Assembly: GCA_005877185.1 (NCBI GenBank)
Contig: VBPQ01000028.1
Span: 1 to 34,662 of the forward strand
Origin: Nitrososphaerota archaeon
GTDB lineage: Archaea > Thermoproteota > Nitrososphaeria > Nitrososphaerales > Gagatemarchaeaceae
DNA: 34,662 bases
Direction of reading: 5' to 3'
The notes below the pieces were generated by a model. That model made no database searches, was not told where the DNA came from, and saw only the letters and a list, made by a program, of their open reading frames with translations. A program made the position numbers and the translations under genes. This document shows, one piece after another, positions 9,593-18,185 of the stretch. Each line of letters starts with the position of its first letter. The stretch's first letter is position 1.

Positions 9593-9880
9593 GTGTCGAA
9601 GCAGCAGCCAGCTCCCGCCCCCCCTCCGGCCAAGACGCCGGTCCCGGCCCCAGCTGCGCCGCCTCCCGCTGGGACGGAGGAGAAGAAACCAGAAAAGAAG
9701 GAGAAGCCGAAGGCACCCAAGAGGCGGATTCAGGTCTGGAAGCTTTACAAGCTCGAGGGTGAAAAGGCGACGCGCCTCAGGCGGGAGTGCCCTAGGTGCG
9801 GGAGAGGCTATTTCATGGCGGAACACAAGAACAGGCTCTCCTGCGGCAACTGCGGCTACACCATGTACACGAAGTCCTAG
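9593..9880 (+). CDS. rps27ae: 30S ribosomal protein S27ae with Pro/Lys/Glu-rich N-terminal extension
   Basis: RECPRCGRGYFMAEHKNRLSCGNCGYT zinc finger. About 40-aa low-complexity N-terminus. Confidence 0.95.
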   Translation: MSKQQPAPAPPPAKTPVPAPAAPPPAGTEEKKPEKKEKPKAPKRRIQVWKLYKLEGEKATRLRRECPRCGRGYFMAEHKNRLSCGNCGYTMYTKS

Positions 9881-11511
9881 GAGTACTCGCGCAGAAGGTT
9901 CCTGATCAAGAGTGTCATGCTCGGGGCCAGGAAGGGTTGAAAGGGAGCGACGTACCTCAGCTTTCTCGCGGTCGCGATCGCTTTGCTCCCGTTCTCATTC
10001 CTGTAGGCCTCGAGGAACGTTCTTGCGACGCGCTCCATCCCTTCAGCCCTGAGGGATAGCTTGGCGGTGTAGTAGAGAAACTCCGCGATGTCCCAGGCGG
10101 CCTCCCCACTCTCCACGGCCTGCTCGAGGTCGGTCAAGAAGACTTCGCCTCCGCGGATGATCACGTTGGATGCCTTCGTGTCGCCGAGGGTGAAGCCGCC
10201 CCTGTGGATCTTGGCGATGGCTTCCGCATAGCTCTTGATGAAGGTGGCGTCGTCCGACCATCCTCTAAGGAGTCTGTGGATTACCCTCGAGAGAGGCTCC
10301 CCCTCGACGTACTCCTTTACGAGTATCCTCTCGTCGGGAGCTACCCCGATGACCCGAGGTGTCTTCACCCCCAGCTCCCTCAGCCTTCGCGAGGCGTGGT
10401 ACTCCCGGTGCAGCCTCGAGAGTGGGGAGAGGCTGAACTTTCTCGCACTCAGGGCCCATATTCCGAGGAGGGCCCACTTCAGGGAGCGGACGTCGGAGAA
10501 GTGCTTGACCAGGATTTTGGTCTCCCTGCTCCCCTCCGATAGGGTCACGATTCGCGCGGTGGCGGAGAGGTCCCCCGCCTGGCGCTCCTTGACTTTGAAG
10601 CCGTCGTTCATCCCGCTCAGCTTCGCCACCCCATCGTAGACGCTCGAGCCGTCTTCGAAGAGGGCGCCGTCATCCAACTTAAGGAGGCTCCTCGGCCGCT
10701 CGAGTTCTCGCGGGAGTTCAGGCCTCTCCCTCATCCTCTTGAGCTTGGAGAGCGCCTCCTTCTTGAAGACACCGAGCCCGACCCTCCCCGCGTAGCCGTG
10801 GACCGCGTACTGAGTCACGCCCCTCGTCGTCATCGAGAAGAGCGAGAGTGCCTTCGAGAAGGCGTCTCCCTTCAGCTTCTCCGAGCTGATCCTGATCGAG
10901 CTGTCGTCTATCGAGAGGTAGCTTCGGGACCCGACCCAATGGGCGGCCTCCCTGAACCCCCTGACGGCGAACTCTCTGTTCTCCTCTCCGCTCTTCCCTG
11001 AGTACGTCTGCGCATAGCTGTAGAGGGCGGGGGGATAGACGAAGGCCCTCTTGCGGAGCTTGTCGAAGAGGAAGTAGTCGTACGGAACGGCGAGGTCCTG
11101 ACTGAACTCCCCGTAGTCGGAGGCGAGCTCGTAGAGCTCCTCCGAGATCACGCGCCTCTTGTACTGGATCTCGAGGTGTTCGAGGAACTCCGCCCCGGCG
11201 ATCGGCTCGTAGATGTTGAGAAGCCTCCCGATGACGAACTCCCCCAGCGCCGCCTCCCTCGCGTCGCCCATGAGCAGCTCTTCGTCGACGATCAGCGCGG
11301 AGGCCGGAACCGCCGCCTCCAGGTACCTGTACCTGACACCGCCGCGGAAATTCTTGACGACGATGATCACGTCGTAGTCGGAGTCCTCCCTCGCGTAGCC
11401 GGCGACAGTCGAGCCGTAGGCACAGACGGCCTCGACCTTCCTGGGCTCGACGAGGAGATTCGCGACGGTACGCAGAGCCTCCCTCTCCTCCGAGCTTAGC
11501 CTCGCCTTCAA
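9877..11511 (-). CDS. Nucleotidyltransferase (Pol-beta/MNT) plus protein-kinase-like (Bud32/RIO/Kdo-kinase-like) fusion protein
   Basis: N-terminal YGS...DSDYD. C-terminal ILVK, REY, GDTKASN (DxKxxN), TDLE and WDIAEF. Confidence 0.8.
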   Translation of the reverse strand: MKARLSSEEREALRTVANLLVEPRKVEAVCAYGSTVAGYAREDSDYDVIIVVKNFRGGVRYRYLEAAVPASALIVDEELLMGDAREAALGEFVIGRLLNIYEPIAGAEFLEHLEIQYKRRVISEELYELASDYGEFSQDLAVPYDYFLFDKLRKRAFVYPPALYSYAQTYSGKSGEENREFAVRGFREAAHWVGSRSYLSIDDSSIRISSEKLKGDAFSKALSLFSMTTRGVTQYAVHGYAGRVGLGVFKKEALSKLKRMRERPELPRELERPRSLLKLDDGALFEDGSSVYDGVAKLSGMNDGFKVKERQAGDLSATARIVTLSEGSRETKILVKHFSDVRSLKWALLGIWALSARKFSLSPLSRLHREYHASRRLRELGVKTPRVIGVAPDERILVKEYVEGEPLSRVIHRLLRGWSDDATFIKSYAEAIAKIHRGGFTLGDTKASNVIIRGGEVFLTDLEQAVESGEAAWDIAEFLYYTAKLSLRAEGMERVARTFLEAYRNENGSKAIATARKLRYVAPFQPFLAPSMTLLIRNLLREYS

Positions 11512-12203
11512 CTCCTCACCTTCTCTTCGAGGGAACTTATTCTGGCGATGACCCCGGGGTCGAAGCTGCTCGAGAGGACTGAGCCCATCCCGAGTCGGAC
11601 GACATTCTCTTCGGGCGCGACCATCCTGACCGGGAGGCCCTTACCAATCCACCTCTTCTCGACGAGCGCGTTCAGCTTGTCGTCGACGAGACCTAGGGGG
11701 AACTTCCGTTCGACCAGTTTGATGAGTGCCCTGTCCTTGAAGATCGACTTCATTTTCACCGTCCTCTCCGTGTCGGCGAAGCTGGACTCGAAGAGGGTTG
11801 CGGCCCTCTCGTCGCTCACCACGCTCATCCTGCTCAGCTTCCTTACGAGGTCGAGATAGTGAGTGAACTCGTGGCCGGCGACTGCCTCAAGAGTCCCCTT
11901 CGCGCCAAAGGCGACGAGTGCCGCCGTGAACTGAACGAGGATCGAGAGGCCACCCGCCCCCGCAGCCGCGACCGTGGGGATGACCCTGGCGTATAGGACA
12001 CCGAGCTGCCCCGCCTCGCCGCGACTCTGGGCAAGGGGGAGGACCGGCTCGACGTAGTACGGCGGGTACGAGAGCTCGCTCGCCTTCTCGACGCGCTTGA
12101 CTGCACCGACCAGATACTTCGCCCTCCCTCTGACCCGCTTCGCGATCGCCTTGGGAATCTTCCCCTCGGTTTCCGCTCTGTCGAGTGCGAAGAGAGGATT
12201 CAC
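11508..12203 (-). CDS. Uncharacterised protein with HExxH zinc-metallopeptidase-like motif
   Basis: AGHEFTHYL. Its stop overlaps the TTG start of the NTase-kinase gene by 4 nt. Confidence 0.7.
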   Translation of the reverse strand: MNPLFALDRAETEGKIPKAIAKRVRGRAKYLVGAVKRVEKASELSYPPYYVEPVLPLAQSRGEAGQLGVLYARVIPTVAAAGAGGLSILVQFTAALVAFGAKGTLEAVAGHEFTHYLDLVRKLSRMSVVSDERAATLFESSFADTERTVKMKSIFKDRALIKLVERKFPLGLVDDKLNALVEKRWIGKGLPVRMVAPEENVVRLGMGSVLSSSFDPGVIARISSLEEKVRS

Positions 12204-12248
12204 GATTTCGAGACGAATCTGGAGCTATTATAATTCTTCGAGGGGAGA

Positions 12249-12707
12249 CTAATCCTGAAGTCTGTACTTGACGATGGGAGTCCTTCGCGCGACCTCCATG
12301 AAGACCTCCGCGTGTTGGACTCCAGGTATCTTCCCGATTATGTCATAGACCGCCTTGTGCAGCTCGTCGAGGGATGCGCCCCTGAGGTTAACGATGAGGT
12401 CGAACCTCCCCGTGACTTCGCGCAAGAGCCTCACAGAGTCCATCTTCATGATCTCGTCGAGAATCTGCTCCCTGTTCTTGGGGTCGAGGTTGATTCCTGC
12501 GATGGCTGATGCGGTCATGCCCAGCTTGTCTTCGTTGACGGTGATGGTGTAGTGCTCGATTATCCCCCTCCGGATCAGCCTCTTTATCCTGCTGTAGGCG
12601 ACAGAGAGGTTGATGCCGAGGTCATTGCTGAGTTTCGGTATCGAGATAGAAGCGTCCCTGTTGAGGGCAGAGAGTATTTTCATATCAATTTCGTCAAGTT
12701 TAGCCAT
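12249..12707 (-). CDS. Lrp/AsnC family transcriptional regulator
   Basis: LDEIDMKILSAL...RIKRLIRRGII wHTH, and VTGRFDL RAM domain. Confidence 0.93.
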   Translation of the reverse strand: MAKLDEIDMKILSALNRDASISIPKLSNDLGINLSVAYSRIKRLIRRGIIEHYTITVNEDKLGMTASAIAGINLDPKNREQILDEIMKMDSVRLLREVTGRFDLIVNLRGASLDELHKAVYDIIGKIPGVQHAEVFMEVARRTPIVKYRLQD

Positions 12708-12723
12708 TTATATAGCCGCACTT

Positions 12724-12738
12724 ACGCGAATTTTGCAA
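12724..12738 (-). promoter_or_regulatory. Candidate Lrp operator upstream of the Lrp gene
   Basis: Minus-strand TTGCAAAATTCGCGT, within an imperfect palindrome at 12723-12747, resembles the Sulfolobus Ss-LrpB box TTGCAAAATTTGCAA. Confidence 0.3.
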
Positions 12739-13078
12739 TTTCTCGTATATGAGGCTTTCCTTCCCTTTTTCCCCTTCTCTCGAAGCCCTCCGCGCCTCCC
12801 GCGAGGCTGGAAGTTGAGTCGTCTCACGGGTCTAGGAAATGATAACTCGATGGTTAGCGGTCCCAACTCGACTGGTGTACGCAAGAACTTCTTCCCGAGG
12901 GTTCGGAATGACGAATCCACTCTGGTTTTCGTGCGTTGAAGAGGGGTCGATTTGCCAATCTTCTTGTCAGTCGATAATTGGCCTCCGGCTGCCAGAGGCT
13001 TGCACGAGTGGATCCGAGTAGACCGCTACAGCACAAAAGGGAGTGCAACCCGAAGGGTAACACACTTCTCGAGTGGAA

Positions 13079-13795
13079 TTACGGTAGGACGAGGTAGACT
13101 GCGGTGAGGCTGATCGTTGTGGTAGTAGTCGGGACAGTCAGATCGTGGAATCTGGCTATGTCCAGAGGGCCGTCGCTCCAGTGAGCGAAATACGCGTTTC
13201 CGTAATCAGCGACTGCGACTTGGTACTCCTGGCCATTGGTAACGAAGAACGTGCACGGAGAGAAACACTCGTCAACCATCACACAGTTTTGCCACTGTGT
13301 TTGGTCTTGGCAATTCTGCCATAGCGTCGTGTAGTAACCGCTTATTTCTCCGAATGAATCAACAGTACCCACCGAGATTTGCGAGTCGCCCGCCGGAATT
13401 GCAGTGATGTCGGCATACACTGCAGTTATTGCCTGGTCCGTTGTTATCATTCCCGTATCCCTGTATCTGTCTGTGCCACCGTCGGACCACCGGACGAACT
13501 GAAAAGTCCCGTAGTCGTCGACAAGAACTGTGTAAGTCTGTCCAACGGTGACGGTGAATGAGACTGGAGTAAAGCCCGTATCCACAATATTGCCGCCCGA
13601 ATCGAAGAGAACTGTGTAGTAGCCTGTGATGGTACTTCCACTCGTGTCTTCGCTAGTGACAGTCAACGTAGATGTTACCGCGGTCGCATGAGCACTCCTC
13701 AGGAGAGGCACGAACGCCAGCAGAGAGGATACCACGAGGAGCTTGATAAAAGAGGCGAGTCCTAGTCCACGCCTGCAAGCGTTGCCTATTTTCAC
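13079..13795 (-). CDS. Secreted/surface protein with signal peptide and two beta-rich repeat domains
   Basis: Basic then hydrophobic N-terminus ending in AHA. Two repeats of GYYTxL...F(T/S)PxxFxVTxGQxYxVxVxDYG...FxxWSDG...TAVY. Lower GC by eye. Confidence 0.75.
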   Translation of the reverse strand: MKIGNACRRGLGLASFIKLLVVSSLLAFVPLLRSAHATAVTSTLTVTSEDTSGSTITGYYTVLFDSGGNIVDTGFTPVSFTVTVGQTYTVLVDDYGTFQFVRWSDGGTDRYRDTGMITTDQAITAVYADITAIPAGDSQISVGTVDSFGEISGYYTTLWQNCQDQTQWQNCVMVDECFSPCTFFVTNGQEYQVAVADYGNAYFAHWSDGPLDIARFHDLTVPTTTTTISLTAVYLVLP

Positions 13796-13872
13796 GAATC
13801 CTCCATACTTCTTAGATATAAGTCGGTTACGTCACTATCGCATCTAACAATCTACAATAAAAGACAAATCTA

Positions 13873-13893
13873 GGATTTTGACGGGATTTTGAC
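13873..13893. repeat. Tandem 10-bp direct repeat GGATTTTGAC with 11-bp period, upstream of the secreted-protein gene
   Basis: GGATTTTGAC at 13873-13882 and 13884-13893. Confidence 0.7.
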
Positions 13894-13956
13894 TTCAGAC
13901 CTAGAAGAATAAGTTAGCGAAAGAATCTCGGATGAGAGGTGTGAAGTTCGACCCTA

Positions 13957-14298
13957 TCAGTCGACCTTCTCTGCGTTGATCTGGTAGATCTCATCGGTGA
14001 CCGTGTTTCCCCTTACGAGCTTCCTTCTCTTTTCGCCCTCGGCTGCCTTCTTGAAGCCGATCCCCTTTGTCAGGAGGATGTACCTCTTTCCCCCGCCTAG
14101 GACGTCCCCGCGCATTGGGAAGCCTGCCCTGTCGGAACCGCCGGTAATCCTCAGCTTTCCCTTGTAACCGCTGCTGGCCGCGTCGACCACCTCCCCAATC
14201 CTGCGCCCCATGAAGAGCTGGGCGTTCGAGTCCTTCACCTCGAGGACCTCCGACTTCGCCTTCTTCGGGTCAGAGATGACGAGCTTGAAGTTAGCCAT
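13957..14298 (-). CDS. rps6e: 30S ribosomal protein S6e
   Basis: FKLVISDP, ITGGSDRAGFPMR, RRKLVRGN, QIN. Confidence 0.97.
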   Translation of the reverse strand: MANFKLVISDPKKAKSEVLEVKDSNAQLFMGRRIGEVVDAASSGYKGKLRITGGSDRAGFPMRGDVLGGGKRYILLTKGIGFKKAAEGEKRRKLVRGNTVTDEIYQINAEKVD

Positions 14299-14321
14299 CC
14301 TCGGGCTCCGCCGCCACTCTC

Positions 14322-14329
14322 GTTATAAG
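14322..14329 (-). promoter_or_regulatory. TATA-box-like internal promoter for rps6e (leaderless spacing)
   Basis: Minus-strand CTTATAAC about 24 nt upstream of ATG 14298. Confidence 0.5.
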
Positions 14330-14348
14330 AGTTGAACCGCTCGCTCGC

Positions 14349-16139
14349 TCAGAATCCGTACATCGGGTCCGTCGCGGAGCGGACCCTGACTATCTCCTCG
14401 AGCGCCTCCAGGTCGTCCCCGCTGAGGGCGTTCAGATACTTTCCGCGGAGGAGCTTGACGTCGTGGCTTCGGGGGAGGGAGTAGAGGATGACGTTCTCCC
14501 TGATCTGCCTCCCGAGGGTCGGCCCGCTGACCGAGATCGCGACCTTATCCCCCATCCTCGCGCTCTCGAGATTCTTTCCCTTGTCCTGGATCTGCTCTAC
14601 CTTCCCTAACTCTTTCCCTTCCGCGTTCATCAGTCTCGCGTGGGGGTGTAACTTCCCGGCCAGCACCTCGACCCCGAAGACGGCCGGGTCATTTCGTCTG
14701 AAGAAGGCGCCCGGGAGGGCCTTTAGCTTGGCGGGGGTCGTGAGCGATGCCAGCCCGACCCTTTCGTTCTCCTCCCTCGCCTTCGCTGCCCACTCCGCAT
14801 ACTTGTCGATCACCTCGTAGATGACCGACGAGAGGAAGACCTGCCCGTTCTTCATCTCCTTCGCATCTGGGAGGAGCTTCACGTCGAAGCCGAGAATCGC
14901 GGCCAGGTAGGGGTCGTGGTCCTTCACCACCTCTGCCTCCACCGTGTCGTTCTTCGAGATATCGCCTATGTCTGCGAGCCTAACGGGGATCCCCCTCTCC
15001 TTGAGCATCTGTAGGAGGGCCTCCAGCCCACCGATGGAGCCCGCCTTCACGATGACGCCCATCGTGTCTCTCTTCACGACGACGTTCTGGAGGTCCTTCT
15101 CCACCTCCTTCTTGAGAGCGGCGAACTCCGACTCGTGCCTGAAGGTGATTACCGGGGTACCGGGTATGGCACCCTCCAAATCCGTCGAGACAAGCTTGAC
15201 GCCGGCGGCGGCGTAGACTCTCTGTACCGGGGTGAACTTGTCCCTCGGGTCTCTCATCTCGTCGAGAGGCTTCGGCATGAAGAGAGCCTTGACCTTCGAC
15301 TTGACCGCACCCTCCCTCTTGACGAGGACGATGGAGTCGCCCACGACGAACTTCCCCTCCGTGAGGATCACGTTGGCTGTCTGCCCGACCCCCGCTTCCT
15401 CCTGGAGCTCGAGGATTATCCCTCGCCCCCTCTCCGCCTCCTCGATCACCGAGAGCTTTCCTTTCAGGAACTGCTGGGCGAGCCCTATCAGGACAGCAAG
15501 AAGCTCTGGGATGCCTGTTCCGTACCTCGCGGAGACGGGCACGATGGAGACCTGCTTGCGAAAGTCTTTCACCCTGTAGTAAGCGTCAGACTCGAAGCCG
15601 AGCCTCGAGAGGGAGGCCACGACGTTGTAGAGCCTCTCCTCGAATTCGTCGTTCCACTCTGGCGTCTGCTGCTTCAGGACTTCCGCGAGGAGGCCCTCGC
15701 TTCCCTTCCTCCAGCCCTTGATCATGTCCACCTTGTTCAGCGCCACCAGGAAGGGGACGTGCCTCTGTTTGAGAATCTCGAGAGACTCTATCGTCTGGTT
15801 CTCCAGCCCCTTCAGGACGTCTACCACGAGGATGGCGATATCGGCCGCGGAGCCGCCCCTCACCCTGAGGTTGGAGAAGATTTCGTGGCCTGGCGTGTCG
15901 ATGACGAGCAGGCCGGGTATCTTCAGCTCTCCCCCCGCTCTGTCGAGGAGATTTCCGGTGATCGTCTGGAGGGTCTCTATGGGGAAGAAGCTCGCTCCGA
16001 TCTCTTGAGTGATCCCGCCCGCTTCCCTCGCCTGGACCGCGGTGCCGCGTATGCGATCAAGCAAAGAAGTTTTTCCCGCGTCCACATGACCGAGAACGAC
16101 GACGACAGGCTGGCGAAGCGTCTGTGTGGTGCTGGACAC
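14349..16139 (-). CDS. infB: Translation initiation factor aIF5B (IF-2)
   Basis: LRQPVVVVLGHVDAGKT, GGITQEIGA, DTPGHE, NKVD, FRRNDPAVFGV. No intein seen. Confidence 0.97.
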   Translation of the reverse strand: MSSTTQTLRQPVVVVLGHVDAGKTSLLDRIRGTAVQAREAGGITQEIGASFFPIETLQTITGNLLDRAGGELKIPGLLVIDTPGHEIFSNLRVRGGSAADIAILVVDVLKGLENQTIESLEILKQRHVPFLVALNKVDMIKGWRKGSEGLLAEVLKQQTPEWNDEFEERLYNVVASLSRLGFESDAYYRVKDFRKQVSIVPVSARYGTGIPELLAVLIGLAQQFLKGKLSVIEEAERGRGIILELQEEAGVGQTANVILTEGKFVVGDSIVLVKREGAVKSKVKALFMPKPLDEMRDPRDKFTPVQRVYAAAGVKLVSTDLEGAIPGTPVITFRHESEFAALKKEVEKDLQNVVVKRDTMGVIVKAGSIGGLEALLQMLKERGIPVRLADIGDISKNDTVEAEVVKDHDPYLAAILGFDVKLLPDAKEMKNGQVFLSSVIYEVIDKYAEWAAKAREENERVGLASLTTPAKLKALPGAFFRRNDPAVFGVEVLAGKLHPHARLMNAEGKELGKVEQIQDKGKNLESARMGDKVAISVSGPTLGRQIRENVILYSLPRSHDVKLLRGKYLNALSGDDLEALEEIVRVRSATDPMYGF

Positions 16140-16186
16140 GGAAAATCAAACTCGTTCGTCTTGTGCGAGACCCCGTATTTATCCTG

Positions 16187-16597
16187 TTAGAAGCCGAGAA
16201 CTTTGGTTTCGTGCTGGAAGCTGGCCGTCGAGTCTGAGGCGTGCACCGCGTTGTCTGTCAACCCGAGGGAGAGGTCTCCCCTTATCGTCCCCGCCTCGCT
16301 CTCCCAGGCCTTTGTTGCTCCTACCATCCGCCTCGCTGTGGCGACGGCGTCCCTCCCCACGAGAACTACCCCTACGACTGGTCCGCTGGAGATGAACGAG
16401 ACGAGCTCGTTGAAGAAGGGCTTGCCCCTGTGCACCTCGTAGAATTTCTCCGCCTGAGCTTTCGTCATCGTGATCATCCTGAGTTGCTTTATCGCGAATC
16501 CCTTCCTCTCGAATCGCGAGAGAATCTCCCCGACGTAACCCCGCTTGACCCCGTCGGGTTTAACGACGACGAGGGTCTCCTCGGTGGCTGTGCTCAA
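16187..16597 (-). CDS. ndk: Nucleoside diphosphate kinase
   Basis: KPDGVKRG, HRGKPFF, GTIRGD, NAVHASDS. Confidence 0.97.
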   Translation of the reverse strand: MSTATEETLVVVKPDGVKRGYVGEILSRFERKGFAIKQLRMITMTKAQAEKFYEVHRGKPFFNELVSFISSGPVVGVVLVGRDAVATARRMVGATKAWESEAGTIRGDLSLGLTDNAVHASDSTASFQHETKVLGF

Positions 16598-16598
16598 C

Positions 16599-16775
16599 CT
16601 ACTTCCTACCTCTCGCCCACTTCAGCTTCCTCGGGTCGCGCTTCAGCTTCAGGTCGTTCACCTTGCACTTTGAGGAGCAGTAGCTACGAGTGGAGCCGTC
16701 GTTTTTGACGTACATTATCCCGAGGCCGAGATACACTTCTCTGCCGCAGAAAGAACATTTCTTGGGAGTATACAA
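16599..16775 (-). CDS. rpl24e: 50S ribosomal protein L24e (58 aa, absent from the supplied ORF track)
   Basis: Manual translation from TTG 16775: MYTPKKCSFCGREVYLGLGIMYVKNDGSTRSYCSSKCKVNDLKLKRDPRKLKWARGRK*. Canonical position upstream of ndk. Confidence 0.95.
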   Translation of the reverse strand: MYTPKKCSFCGREVYLGLGIMYVKNDGSTRSYCSSKCKVNDLKLKRDPRKLKWARGRK

Positions 16776-16913
16776 TTCAAGCTACCACCATCGACCTACG
16801 GATGAACAGGACGTCCCCGTCGCGGTGTCAATATAAACAGAGCGATGAAATGTGGCAATCAGAGCGGGTAGCAGAATGAGTGGTGGTTAAAGCGTCCACG
16901 ACTGTCATTAGTC

Positions 16914-18185
16914 ATGGAAGAAATACTCGACGAATGGAATGACAAGCTTGTTGAGCACATTCTCAAGCACGGAGACGACCTCAGCTTCACGAAGTTCTTC
17001 TGGAAAGAATGCGAGGCGAACGAAAAGGAGCATGCGCAGTTCGCGCGATTCAGCAGAGCAATCTACTTGTCCCACGGTGGTATGTCGAACGCCAAAGTCG
17101 CGAGAGCGTTGGATACGGGCTATTCAACAGTCTGGACGTGGCTGAAGCTTAGTCGGTTGCCGAAGCTAGGGCATTACCTGAAAGTCTTTCTCGCGCTCGG
17201 GAAGCCGCATGAAAGGCGGGTTTGGCTCAGCGTGAATAATTCCCCAGGCCACGCGGTGCCATTGGGGCCGTACGTGGAAGTTCCCACCGAGATACGTGCG
17301 TGGGAAGATATCGAGCCTCTCTTAACTCAACTCCAGCCTATCGCAGTAATTACTGATGGACTGTCAAGGGCGTACCTCTTTGGTTTCCTCCTGGGGATGG
17401 TAATCGGAGATGCTGCCAAGCCGAGGCAAGAAGAGTGGCACAGACACCTGAACCTGACTCTCAGTGAGAAATATTCCACTAACTGGAACTTGGGCGAGTT
17501 CACCTGCCTATGTGCCGCGAGCGCAGGACTAAGGATGGAACGCGCCACAGACTTGCCACGAAGTCATGATAAGCCTCATGGGTTCTATTGTTGGACGTCC
17601 CAATCGTCGGCTTTGATCGATTGGATTTACAACGTCTGTCTGGGTCTTACGGATGAAGAACTTACGACGTATGATGCGGTGAGAATGAATTGGGGGCTGA
17701 CGGGACCGGATGATTTCAGAAGAGGACTAATTCAGGGCCTGGCCGAATCAGACGGGTCGGTCAACATAGCGAGTCAAGCAGTAGAATTCTGGATCGGTCC
17801 CAACTGGGAGTTCGGCGCGAGGCTATTGGAAAGCTTCGGCTTGCATTCCTTTAGAAGCCGAGAAGCGCTCTGCGTCTCGAAGACCCAGGTAGTGAAGTCA
17901 CTGGAAGTCCCTTTGTTCTCCCCACTCTTGAAGACAGTGCGGTACACCCGGTATGAGAAACTGGCCAGTGCGAAACGAATGGCCAGGGGCGGCAGTCGTC
18001 TCCCTGATGGAGTGCGAAACACAATAACGAGACTGAAGGCCCAGGGACTTTCAGTCAGCGAGGTTTCAGAGAAGATCATTGACGCTTACGGAATAAGCGT
18101 GTCCTTCGAAGCGCTCAAGAGGTGGGCGGGGAGACACGGAGGGAGAAAAGCCGCTTTAGATGGTGGCGCTGAGAACGTTGGCTAG
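16914..18185 (+). CDS. Free-standing double-motif LAGLIDADG endonuclease-like protein with N- and C-terminal HTH-like segments
   Basis: [10 protein letters not shown] and [11 protein letters not shown] motifs. HTH-like [19 protein letters not shown] and [11 protein letters not shown]...SFEALKRW. No intein splice motifs. Antisense to the host operon. Confidence 0.8.
   Translation: MEEILDEWNDKLVEHILKHGDDLSFTKFFWKECEANEKEHAQFARFSRAIYLSHGGMSNAKVARALDTGYSTVWTWLKLSRLPKLGHYLKVFLALGKPHERRVWLSVNNSPGHAVPLGPYVEVPTEIRAWEDIEPLLTQLQPIAVITDGLSRAYLFGFLLGMVIGDAAKPRQEEWHRHLNLTLSEKYSTNWNLGEFTCLCAASAGLRMERATDLPRSHDKPHGFYCWTSQSSALIDWIYNVCLGLTDEELTTYDAVRMNWGLTGPDDFRRGLIQGLAESDGSVNIASQAVEFWIGPNWEFGARLLESFGLHSFRSREALCVSKTQVVKSLEVPLFSPLLKTVRYTRYEKLASAKRMARGGSRLPDGVRNTITRLKAQGLSVSEVSEKIIDAYGISVSFEALKRWAGRHGGRKAALDGGAENVG

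Noticed and set aside
16914..18185. Intein
   Set aside because: No host extein, no N-terminal Cys/Ser block and no terminal HN motif.
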